Shown here in pieces: positions 25,655 through 39,256 of a DNA stretch of 64,000 nt. This DNA is from Paramecium tetraurelia (Eukaryota). The stretch lies in NCBI GenBank assembly GCA_000165425.1, contig CT868374.1, positions 310,001 to 374,000 of the forward strand, written 5' to 3'. The notes under the pieces are model-generated. The model saw only the letters and a program-made list of their open reading frames with translations. It ran no database searches and was not told where the DNA came from. The position numbers and the translations under genes are program-made. Each line of letters begins with the position of its first letter. The stretch's first letter is position 1.

Positions 25655-26950
25655 ATGCTTGTGCTCAAATTTAATGATATAAACACAAATCAAGTTTAAC
25701 AATAATAACAATAATACTAATACTTCAGGATTATCCTCTCTCGATATGCCAATCAACAATTCCAGATTAAGAAAGCTTACACTAAATTCTCAGGAAGATG
25801 GTCGAAAGGAAGTGATTCAGAACGATAAATAGATTACGTTTAAGAGGATTTGGATGTCAATCTTGTGGCTAAACTCGTTAATGCATTCAATGGGATCGAA
25901 ATCGTCATCAACACTCCCCAAGAATTATATGAAATGTATCAAATTCTACATTTCTTCCAGATTCAGGAACTGTAAAATTAAATAGAAAAATTCCTGATTT
26001 AAGACAAATCTAGTATTTTAATTGGATACCAATTATCAGAATTGTTCGAAATCGATTCCCTATCTAACTTTTATTTCGAATATTTCAAAGAATATGGATT
26101 CTTGGGTATTTTTAATAAAAAACTTGATAAGGAGAAAGCAAGAAAACACATCTACAAGAACAAAAACAGATTGGTTCCACTTCATTATTTATACTTATAA
26201 GCTAACCTATTCAAAAAATTGTTAGTCTTGCATAACCATCTTGCCGTCATCAATTTCGATTAAAGTAAGTTCTTAGACTAATTTTAAATTGCCCTTTTAA
26301 TAAGCGAATATTGTTTAACCAATGGCTATGATAGAATTAAATTATAGGAGATCTTCTCCGATGCAGTTATTAAAGATTAAGTCACTAATGAATAGAAATA
26401 AATTATTCTGATCGAATTTGAAAAATAGTATAAACAAAACTAAATGAGAGCAGTTTCAAGTATATCCTAATCAGAAGAAGATGATTTATCTGATACTACT
26501 ATTGAAATTAAAAATAACTATTCAGAAAATATGATATCACAAATCCCCATTATTGAACCCATTGAAATATATAGAGGAAAAGAATTGGACCCAAAACTGC
26601 TCATTGGATTAAAAAATTTATAATTTCATTTTAAGACTAAACATACCTCTTTTGGATTCTATATCTCCAAAAAGATTGAATTAAATACAAGCATAGAAGA
26701 TGAATAATTATAATTAGTCAATTTAAGTACTAAAGTATAACTGAATACAAGTTTGAGAGTGAATTGGATTAAATTTGAAGAAAATGGCTTAAACGTAAAT
26801 AATAGACTAATAATTGTCAGATAAAAAGGAATATGTAGGTATGAAGATGATGTGAATGAACCTAATGGTTAAATTAGATTAACAGGGTGTCGTAATTTCA
26901 GAATTGAAGAAGTAGAAGTGTGGAATACATGTATTTTTGCATATTCTTGA
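25655..26950 (+). CDS. BTB/POZ-like plus C-terminal TLDc-like domain protein
   Basis: Span of 432 codons; N-terminal LVAKLVNAFNGIEIVIN..ELYEMYQILHFFQIQEL (BTB-like); C-terminal IYRGKE...TSFGFY...LTGCRNFRIEEVEVW (TLDc-like). Confidence 0.65.
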
Positions 26951-27587
26951 AATTTGGGTTGAAATTAATACAATTCAAATTCGTTATGATATTCTTACAT
27001 TTAATCATCAAATGGAGTAGGAGGTTATTTATCTAGAAAATTCTACAAATAAATATTAATTCTTCTATTAACTCACCAAGGTTAGTTTAACAAAAGTAGT
27101 TTTTCTAACAAAGTCTCTGTTTTTATTCTTATTCTATTGATGCAAATCTTTATCCTTAATTGAAAATGACTAATAAGATTTGCCTAAACGATATTTTTCT
27201 AATTTCAGTAAACTCTTTCGTTTGTTATTCATAAACTTAGGATAGCTGTTGATTTTCATATTTCAATCAAACAATTTGATTTAATATTTACAAAATGTGA
27301 TAAATAAAATGTTTCATCATATATATCGTATTTCTAAAACTTTAATGATATATATAATTATTCTTCACTATTTTGCTTACTTAACCTAATTACAATCAAA
27401 AGTTTCAAGATACAAAGATTAATATTCATTTTTCAAATGCTATAACATTGACTTAACTATAAAAATGAATTAAATATTATAAAATAGTTACTATATTTAA
27501 TTGATATATTTATTTATAAGAAGGATACCATGAATTGATGTGCGACTACCCTATATTTTGATATAAGTTATTATTTTTAATATAAGT

Positions 27588-28214
27588 TCATTTAAAAATA
27601 TTGTTTATAATTTAAGCAATAACTTCTTTTTATTCATCCACCTCTAGATATTCGAATTTTTTGATCTTTGAGTTTTGTATTGATAATGCTTTAGATGATA
27701 AATAGTAGTAATTCACATTGTCATCAACATCTTATAGAATTGATTCTTATGTTGCATTATAGATTATCAACAATATATCATGAAGTTTTGGCTTAAACAG
27801 CTCTATGCATTCCTTAACATCGTCTTTCATAACCTGATTACTAACGACTATTAAGGTATTTTTATTATAATCATTTTGATTACAATTCTATACCTTAGTT
27901 GTATTATTTAACTAATCAAAATAATCAAAATCTTCTTATGAAATCACTAGTTATATTAATATTACTTTACCTAACAATGATGCATTTTTGTTGGTGAAAC
28001 TCCCGTATTTTTAATGTACTTGGTTGCTTTCTTTCTTAATATTCCAAAATAGCAGCATGATTATACACGTGAATGTTAAAATCGATCCAAAATAGATCAA
28101 GTTATTGATATGATTTTTTTTGATTTCTTGCATGATTCCTCCATTGGATTCGTTATTATTTTCTAATTTAGTAATTTCATTTATAAATTCTGTGTTTTCT
28201 TCATCACCTATCAT
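27588..28214 (-). CDS. Single-pass membrane protein, hypothetical
   Basis: MIGDEENTEF...LIYFGSILTFTCIIMLLFW TM segment; reads through TAA as Gln; likely TGA at 27588. Confidence 0.55.
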
Positions 28215-28446
28215 TTTAATATTATTATTTATATTAATAGCAATTTGTCAATTAAGTTATGGAACAATCTTGAATGTGAGAGTGAATTTGGTTTCTGGGA
28301 TGGAGAATCAATTCAAAATATTGATATGTATTATATAAGTTATATTTAATTATTAAATAAATTTAATTGTTCTTTCAGTCATCTTTTTGTATTTTTCCAT
28401 AATATTAGCTATTGCTTTTTTGAATATTTTAATAAAATAAAGGAAA

Positions 28447-30700
28447 ATGAAATATGATGAAATAAAAAAATGCTTCAGTTCCGAAAATCATTACAAACAG
28501 ACAAAGCAAATAAAAGAATATATAATAGAAAACGACATGTATGGTAATTTCAATTATGAAAGTGAAATAACTTAAGGAGCAATTCAAGCAGTAGGAAACA
28601 TTTTGGAAGATGCCAATTCATAGCCAATCGAGAAGTTATTATCTACAAGAGTAAGATATACTCCTGTATTCAGTTAGTGAAGGAAATAATGGATTGTCAT
28701 ATTGCTTTGGTTATCGAAAAAGTGTAAATAAAAATCATGCCAATTTATGAACAAATTCTTATATAATTTTGTGAGAAAGGACAAAAAGCAAAGTAATACT
28801 TCTCCAATAAACCTGGTAGATGTTATTTATATATATTCAAGATGAACAGCTGATGGTTCTTGGCAACACATTTATCCGACTGATAAGTGAATGCATATTT
28901 GTGTGGAATATTTGGCATCCAAACATAGACGGATAACAATCAGCGTATTCAAGAGTGTAATAAAACTAATTATCGATATTAGATACAATAATTTAGTTTC
29001 AAAGGGAATTCAATTTCCTAAACTCTTTTATTTCAATTCTCAAAAAGTCAAGGAATTCTACATACAATCTAAAGAATAAGTGAACTGTTCTCCATTTGTG
29101 TACTCAAACAACATACAACCAGATTTCTACTACATTAAAAAAAGACTAGACGGAAACCAATTCCAAAAAAGTGATCTCATTATCATAAGGAATGAATTAC
29201 TCTGTAAGTCATTAATAAATAACGTCTTCTAGCCCTAAAAAGCAGCGAACTCAATTCTAGTTAAGCAAAGTTTATCAGAAATTTTGAAATAGCATTTAAA
29301 GATTTTGAGAAGACTCAGAGATTTGATGAACTGTAGATTATAATCTAATCCATGTAATATATATTTAAATTAAATTTTAAGTTGTTTAGAATTTGATGAC
29401 GAAGTTTTTGATAAATAGGCAGCCATTGATGCATTTCAAAAGAGGTATCAATCGAATCAGAGCAATTTCACTCCTTGCAAACTACAAGGAGGAGCAGGTG
29501 GCTATTCAACTGATAAGATTAGTCAATTTCTATCAAATGGAAGTATGAGTGTAAGATACATCATTTTATGACCTTAGTCACAAAATTCATCGCCCAATGA
29601 ATAGAAGCAATAATTGCAAATTTTGAATGAAAAGAATAGAAGGATCGAACAATTATTGTTAGAAAATTCTCTTTTGTAGAAATAAGTAAGAAATTTTGAA
29701 GATCAGATTCACACTCTAAAACAAAATCTATCCTAAAATATTGAATGAATATTAATTAATATTTCAAGAAATATATTCTAATTTGCAATTATGATATAAT
29801 TAACCAAAGAGCATCTTCATGATTAGAATAAGAAACTTACGGAAGAGAATCAAAGATTGGAATTGGTTGTCTATAGTCTTCAGAGATAATTGTCAAATCT
29901 TGCCTCCTTTATTGACAGGGCAAAATTGTTACAGGACTAAGTTGATTTGCTAAACCAAGAATTGGGAAGTGTTAGAAGAGACAATGCTCATTTACAAGAA
30001 GTCATAGTATCCTTGTAGGCTGAGTTGAATTCATTCATCGCCAACGCTTAAATAGAGACAACTGAAAGATAAGAAATCGAAACCTTAAAAATATTTTATG
30101 AGGAATAACTCAATAGTTTCGCAAAAGAGAACACAAGGCTATAGAAATTGATAAAAGAATTCAATACTAAATAAGTTTCCAATCTTTAACTATCTGCAAC
30201 AAAATTGGTTGAACTTGGAATTAAAATAGATTAAAAACTAGACGATTAAACCCACAGAAGAATGCTAAGTAATCCCATTCAACAAAGTCCAAAAGGAATC
30301 TCTAAAGAAGTTTATCAAAATCTAATCCTGTAACTATCCAACCAAAGTATAGATGAAAAGTCAATGGTTGCTTCATAGTACTTTTTTATTTAAATTACCC
30401 CTTTCTAGGTCCAAAATGAAACTTTCAGGTTCGAATATCTTATCTCACTTCTCAAACAATAAATCTAAAATACCAGCATTTTCGGTTGCATCACAAGACT
30501 AACCTCTAACTTCCATTCCCACCCATATTAAGAAATGATTTTAGTCTATGTTAATATTTATACGTTAGTTCCTATTCTAATTTTGGCAGCAGAAATTGGA
30601 TTGTAATTTTATAGATTAAAATAGAGTATATATTTAATTGTATATAAATGGATGAAATAAAAAGTAGTATATTTAATAACGATATCCTTCAAAGTTGAAC
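28447..30700 (+). CDS. VHS-like N-terminal domain plus long coiled-coil protein (3' end uncertain)
   Basis: EKLLSTRLVKEIMD...LISECIFVWNIW...YNNLVSKGIQFP resembles VHS helices; long heptad region at ~29600-30200; many introns. Confidence 0.55.
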
Positions 30701-30866
30701 TGACATATGTGTAAACGAAAATTACATTAATATTTAAAATGCATTTTTAGCTGTTAAACAAGAATTGTTATAAAGACCATTTTAATTTAAGTAATTAGTT
30801 ATATATTTTAATCATTTACTAAATACAATTAAAAGCATTTATTCAATATTTTCTCTAATTTTAAAT

Positions 30867-33058
30867 ATGCAAGCCCCAGGCTTAACAAAATTGCCTAGTC
30901 AATAGAAAGTTCCGAAGTACAGACCTGTAAGATTGTAAAACAAATTTAGTCCATCAATATAGATAATTTGATTGCCATTTGCACAGGGAAACTCAAGAAT
31001 TGTCCAAATCACAAGAAGGCTCTTTATATTCGCGCATCAGCCTATATCAAGAAAGGAGAGTATTAAACTGCTATACAGGATTGCAATAAGCTTCTGGAAA
31101 CAGACAGTGATAACGTGGGCGGATATTATTTGAGAGGTATTAAAATTTGAAAATGAAGGATGTGCAAATGAAAAATTAGGTTAAATAGATTTAGCTATTG
31201 AGGATTTTTCAAAGGTTCTTTCATTGGATGAAAATCATGTTAATGCAGCATTTGCTCGTGCTTCTTGTTTAAATTTGAAAGGGGATTTTGCTGGAGCTAT
31301 TGAAGATTACACAAGAGCTTTGGAGAAGGACAATGCCAAATCCCTAAATCTATCCAATTCAATCAATAAGAGGTCTTTGCTGAGGAATAGTTCTATGAAA
31401 AAGGATGAACCATATCCAAAGACTGAGGCATTTTAATTTACAACCAAAAAAAATAAATATTAACAACCCGAAGAAGATGATTTGATGAACCCTCAGAATG
31501 ACGAGGAATACTTGTAAAATGATCAATCGTAAATACAAAATCAGCCCTAGTAGACTAGCTTTATGAGTTAGAATCCTCTCTACACGAGTATCGATGCGAA
31601 TGAATTGAATATTCAAAGGCCGTCTCAAATAATCGACAAAGAAATATCATAGCCTATGCAATAACAGTTGATATCGATGATACCAGAAAACATTCAAAAT
31701 GATAATAAGAAAATATCAGATTGGTTTCATTCGCAAGGTTTTGACGCTAGGAAAAAAGAAGACTTTATCAAGGCAATAGAATTCTATACCATGGCTTTGA
31801 TGTTTAATCCAAATCATTTTAAATCGATATTCAATAGAGGTATAACTTATATTAACTCCTTGATAGGCTTTGCTTTCGATAAACTCAGAATGTACAATGA
31901 CGCCATCAGTGATTATACTAAGGCTATTGAGATGGATTCAAAGAATGCCTATGCGTATTATAACCGAGGGATTTCTTATGATAAAAAAGGAGATTACAAT
32001 TTAGCCATTAAGGATTTTGCAAAATCAATAGAACTAGATCCATCTAAAGCAGACTTCTATCACAATAAAGGATTCGCAATGAAAAAAAAGAATTTAGTAA
32101 GGGAAGCCATTCTAGAGTTCAATGAATGTATTCGTTTGGATAAAAATCACTTCAAAGCTTATTATAATAGAGCAAATTGTTATGAAAAATTAGGAGACTT
32201 TGATAAAGCATAACAAGATTACTTAATTGCTAATAATGTTGTACCAAATAACCCAAATACTCTAACTCACATTGGGATTTTGATGGACAGACAATAGAAA
32301 TTGGAAGATGCACTAAAATACTTTAATTCGTAATGATCTTAATTAAATTCTTAGATCTCTAAAGATTGATTAAAATTATGCTCCAGCATACAATGGAAGA
32401 GGCTTAGTTTTTGATAAAATTGGAGAATTTGAGAAAGCCTGCCAAGACTTCAATAAGGCTATAGAAATAGAACCATAGAATCCTGTGTATATTCATAACA
32501 GAGGCTGTTGTAAAAGGAGCATGAATAAGTTTGAGGAGGCCTTGGAAGATTTTAAGAAGGCTTTATCTTTGGATTCAAAGAACCCTATTATCTATTCAAA
32601 TATGGGGTTAGTGTTGAGAAAGATGGAAGATTTTGAGACGGCTGTGTATTGTTATTCGCAGGAATTAATCTATTCTCAAGAAAACACTAGGACTCTTAAT
32701 AACAGGGGGTATTGCTTGGCCAAGTTGGGTTAGTTTGATGAAGCTATAGCTGATTATACTAAAGCAATAAATTTAGATCCTGTAAACATTCATGCTATAT
32801 ATAACAGAGGGATTTGTAATGAGAGGATTGGAGAATTTCGTAAAGTAGAATATATATAAATAGATAGGCTATAGAGGATTTTACTTCTGTAATTCAATTG
32901 TAGAATGACTAAGGAGCTAATGCTTACTTCAATAGAGGGTGTTGTTACGATAAGTAAAATACTCATAAGATTTATCTAGCATTGGAGAAATGGATCTGGC
33001 TATAGCTGACTATTCCAAGGCGCTTGAAATTGATAATAAAACGAGCAAAGTCTCATGA
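30867..33058 (+). CDS. Tetratricopeptide repeat (TPR) protein
   Basis: More than 12 TPR units, e.g. AYYNRGISYDKKGDYNLAIKDFAKSIELDP; TGA 33056-33058. Confidence 0.93.
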
Positions 33059-33072
33059 TAATTAAATAATTT

Positions 33073-33687
33073 ATGTAAACCTAGAAATATTAAATCACTT
33101 AAAGATCAAATTTAGTTTTCAAGGATAAAGTTAATGAGTTTGAGTGTCCAATATGTTTAGATACTCTATTTTAACCAGTCACCTTTGATTGTCAGGTTCA
33201 CACAATTTGTTTAGATTGTGTAATCGCACTTAAGAAGTGTCCTTTGTGTAGAAAAAGCATAAAATTTGTCAAGCCAAATCTAGAAATGAGAAAAATTCTA
33301 AATAGTTTACAATGTAGATGTCCTTAAGGTTGTGGGTAGATTTCATATGAATATTTATATTCTCATAAAATTAATTGCACTTCTTAAACAGATGCCTAAA
33401 AGATAATAGCTTAAAAGTTGTTAGTTATTAAGGATGAAATGATCAAAGTGTTTGAAAAGGAGATAAATCCTCATTTAAAGTAAATGCATGGACAAATTTT
33501 TGATGATTTCTTAACTGGTTGGGATTGGCTTTCTTTTAAGAGAGATGACTGGAAATGGTGGTGGTGGAGCAATACTGCATGGTGGAATAATTAGGTATGT
33601 GTGATATGCAATGATTTATGGCATAAGTATGAGGATGAAATTGAAGTGTTTGAAAAAAATAGATTAGAATTATTGGATTAATTATGA
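33073..33687 (+). CDS. C3HC4 RING + TRAF-type zinc-finger protein (putative E3 ligase) with Trp-rich C-terminal module
   Basis: Intronless, 204 aa; CPICLDTLFQPVTFDCQVHTICLDCVIALKKCPLCR; CRCPQGC..H..NC; GWDWLSFKRDDWKWWWWSNTAWWNNQVCVICNDLWH. Confidence 0.85.
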
Positions 33688-33721
33688 TATGTTATATTAT
33701 ATTATTATATCATTATCATTA

Positions 33722-34775
33722 TCATTATTGTCTGCCTTTGAAATGATCCATAGATTCACTGACTCCAAAGAGTTCCATCATATTGTCATAGATGCATGTT
33801 GGGAATATTGCTTTAACCATAATGGATAAATTTAGAATAATTGGCATAATCACAACTGTTTCATCTTAGAGCACTGCATTTACTATTCTTGTGGTAGCGT
33901 AATCTAAATAATGAAAGGGATAGATACTTTCAGATAGAATTGGGAATAGAAGAGGGAATTTTGATTTGGCTCCATCAAACATTCCTGTATTGATGAAATA
34001 TGGACAGATGCAAGTGGTTTTGACATTAGATTTAGTTGCTCTTAATTCAAATCTAAGGGATTCATCGAATCCAACAGCACCGAATTTGGAAGCACAATAA
34101 TCGGCCAATCCTCTGACTCCAACCCAACCTGCAATTGAAGCTATGGTTACAATGTGACCATGTTTATTGGCAATCATATCTCCTAACACTTCCCTCACAG
34201 TCCAATGGTGGGCAGTTGTGTTAATATTCATTGTTCTAGCAATACCAGCATCTGTATTTTCTAGAATTTGTTTCCCACTCACAACTCCAGCATTATTTAT
34301 CAAAATATCTATCTTTTTCTAATGAAAATCAATGCACTTTTTAATAGCATTTTTAACAGATTAAGGATCACTGACATCACATTTCACTCCAAATGCAGCC
34401 TTTTCACCATGAAGACTATTTATCTAACCCACAACCTAATTTAATGCATCCTCATTCACATCCACAATGGATATCTTTTTTATATTGAAATTGTATATAC
34501 TTTTGCTCCTAATCTAGCAAATCTCAATGCCATATTTTTTCCAATACCACTTGCTCCTCCAGTAATAAAGATATGTTCATTAACTACACTCTTCTTCTTC
34601 AACCATCTATGATAAATTACATAATTGACCCATTGTGCTTTCGTACTTGATACTGAAGATACAACAATCCCAAACCCAAAGCTGCCACTTATGCGACTCC
34701 TTTCTTTCCTTTCTTTTCATAGAATTTCTACCAGAAATCTTAGCCTCTTGTGAGAAATGATTGTAATTTATTCAT
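33722..34775 (-). CDS. Short-chain dehydrogenase/reductase (SDR16C, retinol dehydrogenase-like)
   Basis: ITGGASGIG, LINNAGVVSG, TIASIAG, DYCASKFGAVGF (YxxxK), TCICPYFINTGMF; N-terminal TM segment. Confidence 0.92.
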
Positions 34776-34797
34776 TTAAGATAATTATTTATTCTTA

Positions 34798-35969
34798 TCA
34801 ATAATTTACACTCTGTTTTATTGCCTCGTAAATTTTAAATTTGTCTGGCAAATAAATTGGCTCATGAACTAATGGAAAAGGTGTGTCATAGCCTGTCACT
34901 CTTTTTATTGGTGCTTCCAAATGCAAGAAACACTTCTCTTAAATAAAAGCACTCAATTCAGCTCCCATACCGCATGTCTAAGGGGCCTCGTGTGATATTA
35001 TGCATCTATTTCATCCATCAATTCAATACCTTCCTGTCTTTTTCACTGAATCAACTAGAGTCTAACCATCATATGGATATATTGTTTATAAATCGATTAT
35101 CTCACAACTTACTCCATCCTTTTCTGCCAACTTAGCTGCTTCTTTCAACACTCTTATTTATGTACCATATCCAATCAAAGTGATGTGCTTGCCTTATTGA
35201 ACCACTTCAGCTTTCGATAACTCCAACTAAAATTCATTCCATTTTCATCATACTTCATAATCATCCAAGGGAACTTCATCCTCAGCATTACGATATAATG
35301 CTTTGGGCTCAAAAAATATCACTGGATTCTTATCTCTTATGGATGCAAGCAACAATCCCTTTGCTTATATTGGATCTCTGGGCACTACTACTTTTAATCC
35401 TGGAGTATGAGCAAAGTAAGCCTCTGGAGATTACGAATGATACAAGGCACTAAATTGTACACTCATATTCTTACCCATGACCTACTGCTCCCCAAGTAGA
35501 TCTAATTGTCAAACTTCCACAATCGAATTGATTCCCAGATCTATATCTGAATTTAGCAGCCTCATTCACTATCTAATCGAAGGCTGGGAAGATATAATCA
35601 CTAAACTAAATTTCTGCTATTGCTGTGTATCCTACACTTGCCAATCCAATCCCAAAAGCACCGATTCCCTAAATATTTAATTCTTTCTTACTTGTTCGCA
35701 CAATGGAGTGTTGAATACTCTATCAGTGCCGTACTTTTCATTCAACCCTTAAGAGCATCGAAAAACACCTCCGAATTTAACATCTTCTCCAAATAATAAT
35801 GCCCTTTCTTATACATTATGACGTACTTTGGATTTGCTCCTAATTCTATATCAAGAGCGTTGTTAATTGCTTGAAACAAGTTCATTTTCTGTCTATTCGT
35901 GCTTTTAATATCTGAAGCAAATCTGTGTTTTGTTGAGCCAAATTGATACACTCTTCTCAATAATTGCAT
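34798..35969 (-). CDS. BCKDHB: Branched-chain 2-oxoacid dehydrogenase E1 beta subunit, mitochondrial
   Basis: [96 protein letters not shown]. Confidence 0.95.
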
Positions 35970-36787
35970 TTATTTATTTAATTGCTTATGCAATTTCAGT
36001 AAAATTTTGTGAATAAGATTATCTGAAAAGCAAATAAGAAAATAAGGTACGGAGGTAATTATTTAACAGATTTGATTAAGGTACCTCACTGATTAATAAA
36101 TAATATTTTCTCTGGTCTGAAAAATTAAGAATAGAGAATTTTATCATAAATTTAAGATCATTATATGCAAATACAAGGAAGTAGTTTTTAGTTTTACATT
36201 CTTGAAAGAATAAAAGAAATTCAGTAAATAAAGTTTTGGATAATGATTTCTTGATTTCATAAAATGTTTTAATAATAGGATATTTAACTTAAATATTTAA
36301 AGTATCCTAAAGAACCATTAATAAATGCAGTATTTGAATTTTATAATTTTGTATCTAAATCAACTTCAACTAATAAAATGATTAGATATCAAACTTGGTT
36401 AGGATATTATTATCATTTTATTTGTAATTTATTATTAATAACTATTAATTATCAAATTTGCATAAATTAGCTAAGATAGAGTACTTGGTTCTAACTGTAA
36501 TAATAGAATTATTATAATTAAATATTAGTAAACTTCAACACTACCAGTAAATCTTAAAACCTAAACTCCTTCTCCATTACAATATGAAATTAATGAGAAT
36601 CCATCAATTTTATTAGATATACCTATAATATTTTAATTAAAATCACTTAATTTTTGTTAGAATAAAAAATAATAAAAATTATAGCAGATATTTCTCTTTT
36701 CCATATAGTAAAATATGTTCTCTAGCATCACAATCTAGAAGGGTAATTTAAAGGATGAAAAATACATTAATTTTATTAAATTATATA

Positions 36788-37212
36788 ATGATTTCAGAGT
36801 AACCTGAAGGTTCAAAACCGTCGAAATTTTAAGGAGGTAGAATTCACTTAAGACCCATCGACAGCATAGGAAGAGACTTTGATTTAGGAAATATTGAAAC
36901 TAAAAGTAGAAGGCATTTTTCTTTTGATCCCACACCTGTTATGCATTACAAACCGCAATTAAGAGTTGGGTTTCCAAAAAATGTCACCAATCCTGAGATA
37001 TTGTTTACGCACAAAAGTTAGGGAGGACCTGATAAATTAACTTATATGCCTCCAATCAAAAAGCATAAAGATTTTACATCTACAATGAGAAAAACAGTCA
37101 TTAACAAAGAAGTAAAGTTATTAATGCAATTTAGTATGAGGAACAATAAACAGAAAATAGAAGAATGATTGAGGAGTTGGATGTTTGGGAGAAAAAGTTT
37201 AGAAAATAATGA
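36788..37212 (+). CDS. Hypothetical protein
   Basis: MISEQPEGSKPSKFQGGRIHLRP...; one 23-nt intron; ...ELDVWEKKFRKQ-TGA. Confidence 0.6.
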
Positions 37213-37250
37213 TTATATTAGCATATATTACTAATTAAAAGATATTAATA

Positions 37251-38183
37251 ATGTAAATTATTAAGAGCAAAGCAGTGTAGTAATTAGTACATCGTTCCCA
37301 ATACAACAAAATCGTATGGCAATCCTCTAATCCATATAACAAAAGATGGCAATACAAATTTAAGAATGCCTATTACACATATCCAAGAGACATCAATTAA
37401 GAGCATACCTACGTTAAAACCCCAAAAGATAATTGGGAATCAGTTCCACTTGGATGGGCTTGGATCTAAGATTTATTACATAGACACGTATTCATTTTAT
37501 TAATACTCTAGGTGCCAAACTTTTCTTGTTTAATAGAAAGAAGACATAGATTATTTGATAAGTTCAATGTTTATTTCTTGCCAGCATTCAGTCTATTCTT
37601 TTATCAATTTTATCCATTAGCATTTGGATTTAAGGTATGGAATCATCCATATGAATTAGGTATTAACAATATTGCCTTTGGCAATGTTATACGTGAGAGC
37701 CAGAGACAAATGTGGTGATCCTGATTTCAAAGAAACATACCTGAGAGATATGTTATACAAAAATAGTGAAATAACTTCCCTATTTAAGGATGAGACTCTT
37801 CACGTTTTAGATTACGACTGTGAATATGATAAAGGATATCCATGTCCTGAGAAATTCCCAGAATTCAAGAATAAGGTAATAAAAGAGTTCATTACTCTAG
37901 TTTTGGCAATTCTTCAATACTGATACATCAATGACAACTGGATATTTCAAGATGGCTGATGTAGAATCAGGTGCAGTGATGAATTTGAAATTTAAGACAA
38001 TGCCTGTCCCAGGAAAATATAGATATTAAATTGGAGAACCATTTTATTTTTATGATTTAAGAGGTACTAATCATATATATGTCTAAAGCCGAAATTACTC
38101 ATAATGGATAACACAAGGAAGTTGTTTTAGTTGATGAGAAAGTAGCCCTTCAAAAAGTAAGACCATTTTTATTAATTATTTGA
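37251..38183 (+). CDS. Probable mitochondrial inner-membrane protein of unknown function
   Basis: Basic N-terminus MQIIKSKAVQQLVHRSQY; two short hydrophobic segments; aromatic-rich globular C-terminus (DPDFKETYLRDMLY, GEPFYFYDLRAEI); four introns. Confidence 0.65.
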
Positions 38184-39256
38184 AAAATAATATAAGAATC
38201 AATCTAGGAAATTAAAAAATAATCAATTTCATTATTTGCAATTCATTCTTTGATCCCTTTTTATTTTCTATTGTTTAGTCTCTTTCCTATTATATATATA
38301 AGATTAAGATATTTATCAAGTGTCATTAAGTTTAAATAGTTCTTGTCTATCGATTCTATCTGAAAATACACCTTACTATTAATCATCAATTTTGTATCTA
38401 TACATGTAGAATAAGTTTTAATTGTTAGTGAACAGTGTTTTAATCCTTTTCTAAGCAATCTAACTTTCAGTACTAAATTAAGTATTTGGGATATACACTT
38501 ATATCTCTTTATGCTTTAATGAATTTTTCTTTATATATGTAAAAAGATAATAGATTTTTTAAATCTAAATCTCTTTAATTGGAGCATTTTTTCTATATTT
38601 CTTTTATAAGATTATCACAATGTTTAAAGATTTAGAATTATGAAAAGTAAAAGCTTTTTAAATATTCTTTTAAAAAATTAGAATTCTCAATTAATATCCA
38701 CTTCTAAAAATATTATATTTTATTCTCAATCAGGTCTTTTACAAATTTATTAAAGCTGATCTCTTCTTATGTCAGCGTGTAAATTACTTAGATTTTATTT
38801 CCTTCTTCATGTTTTTATTTTGATAATTAACATATTACAAAAATCGCTTGATTGAATTAAGACTCTTTATTTATTATATTTCATGCCCATCCATATATTT
38901 TCATATTATCTTATATATTGGAAAGTAAAGGTTTCTTAAAATCATCATCTGTTATTTTATTTTATCCTATACTTCAAATTCACCATGATATTCATTGAAA
39001 TTTATATTTTCTATGATCTAAAATGATGATTATGATTCATGAATAGATTCTTTCCACCATTTCATAATTTAATCACATATCAACTTACATTGAAATTTTT
39101 ATCACTTTTATATTCATAATTGAACATCATGAGAACCTCTAATTAAATAGTAGAATGATTCTAGTGTATTTAAGTTGAATGTGAAGTGTTCATAATTTGA
39201 TGAAGAATGGCAGTCTTTGTTATTAGTTCTTTTTTTTATTTAGTTTCATTAAAACA

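Noticed and set aside
38200..39200. Possible minus-strand gene
   Set aside because: Frames are interrupted by TGA and no motif was recognised.
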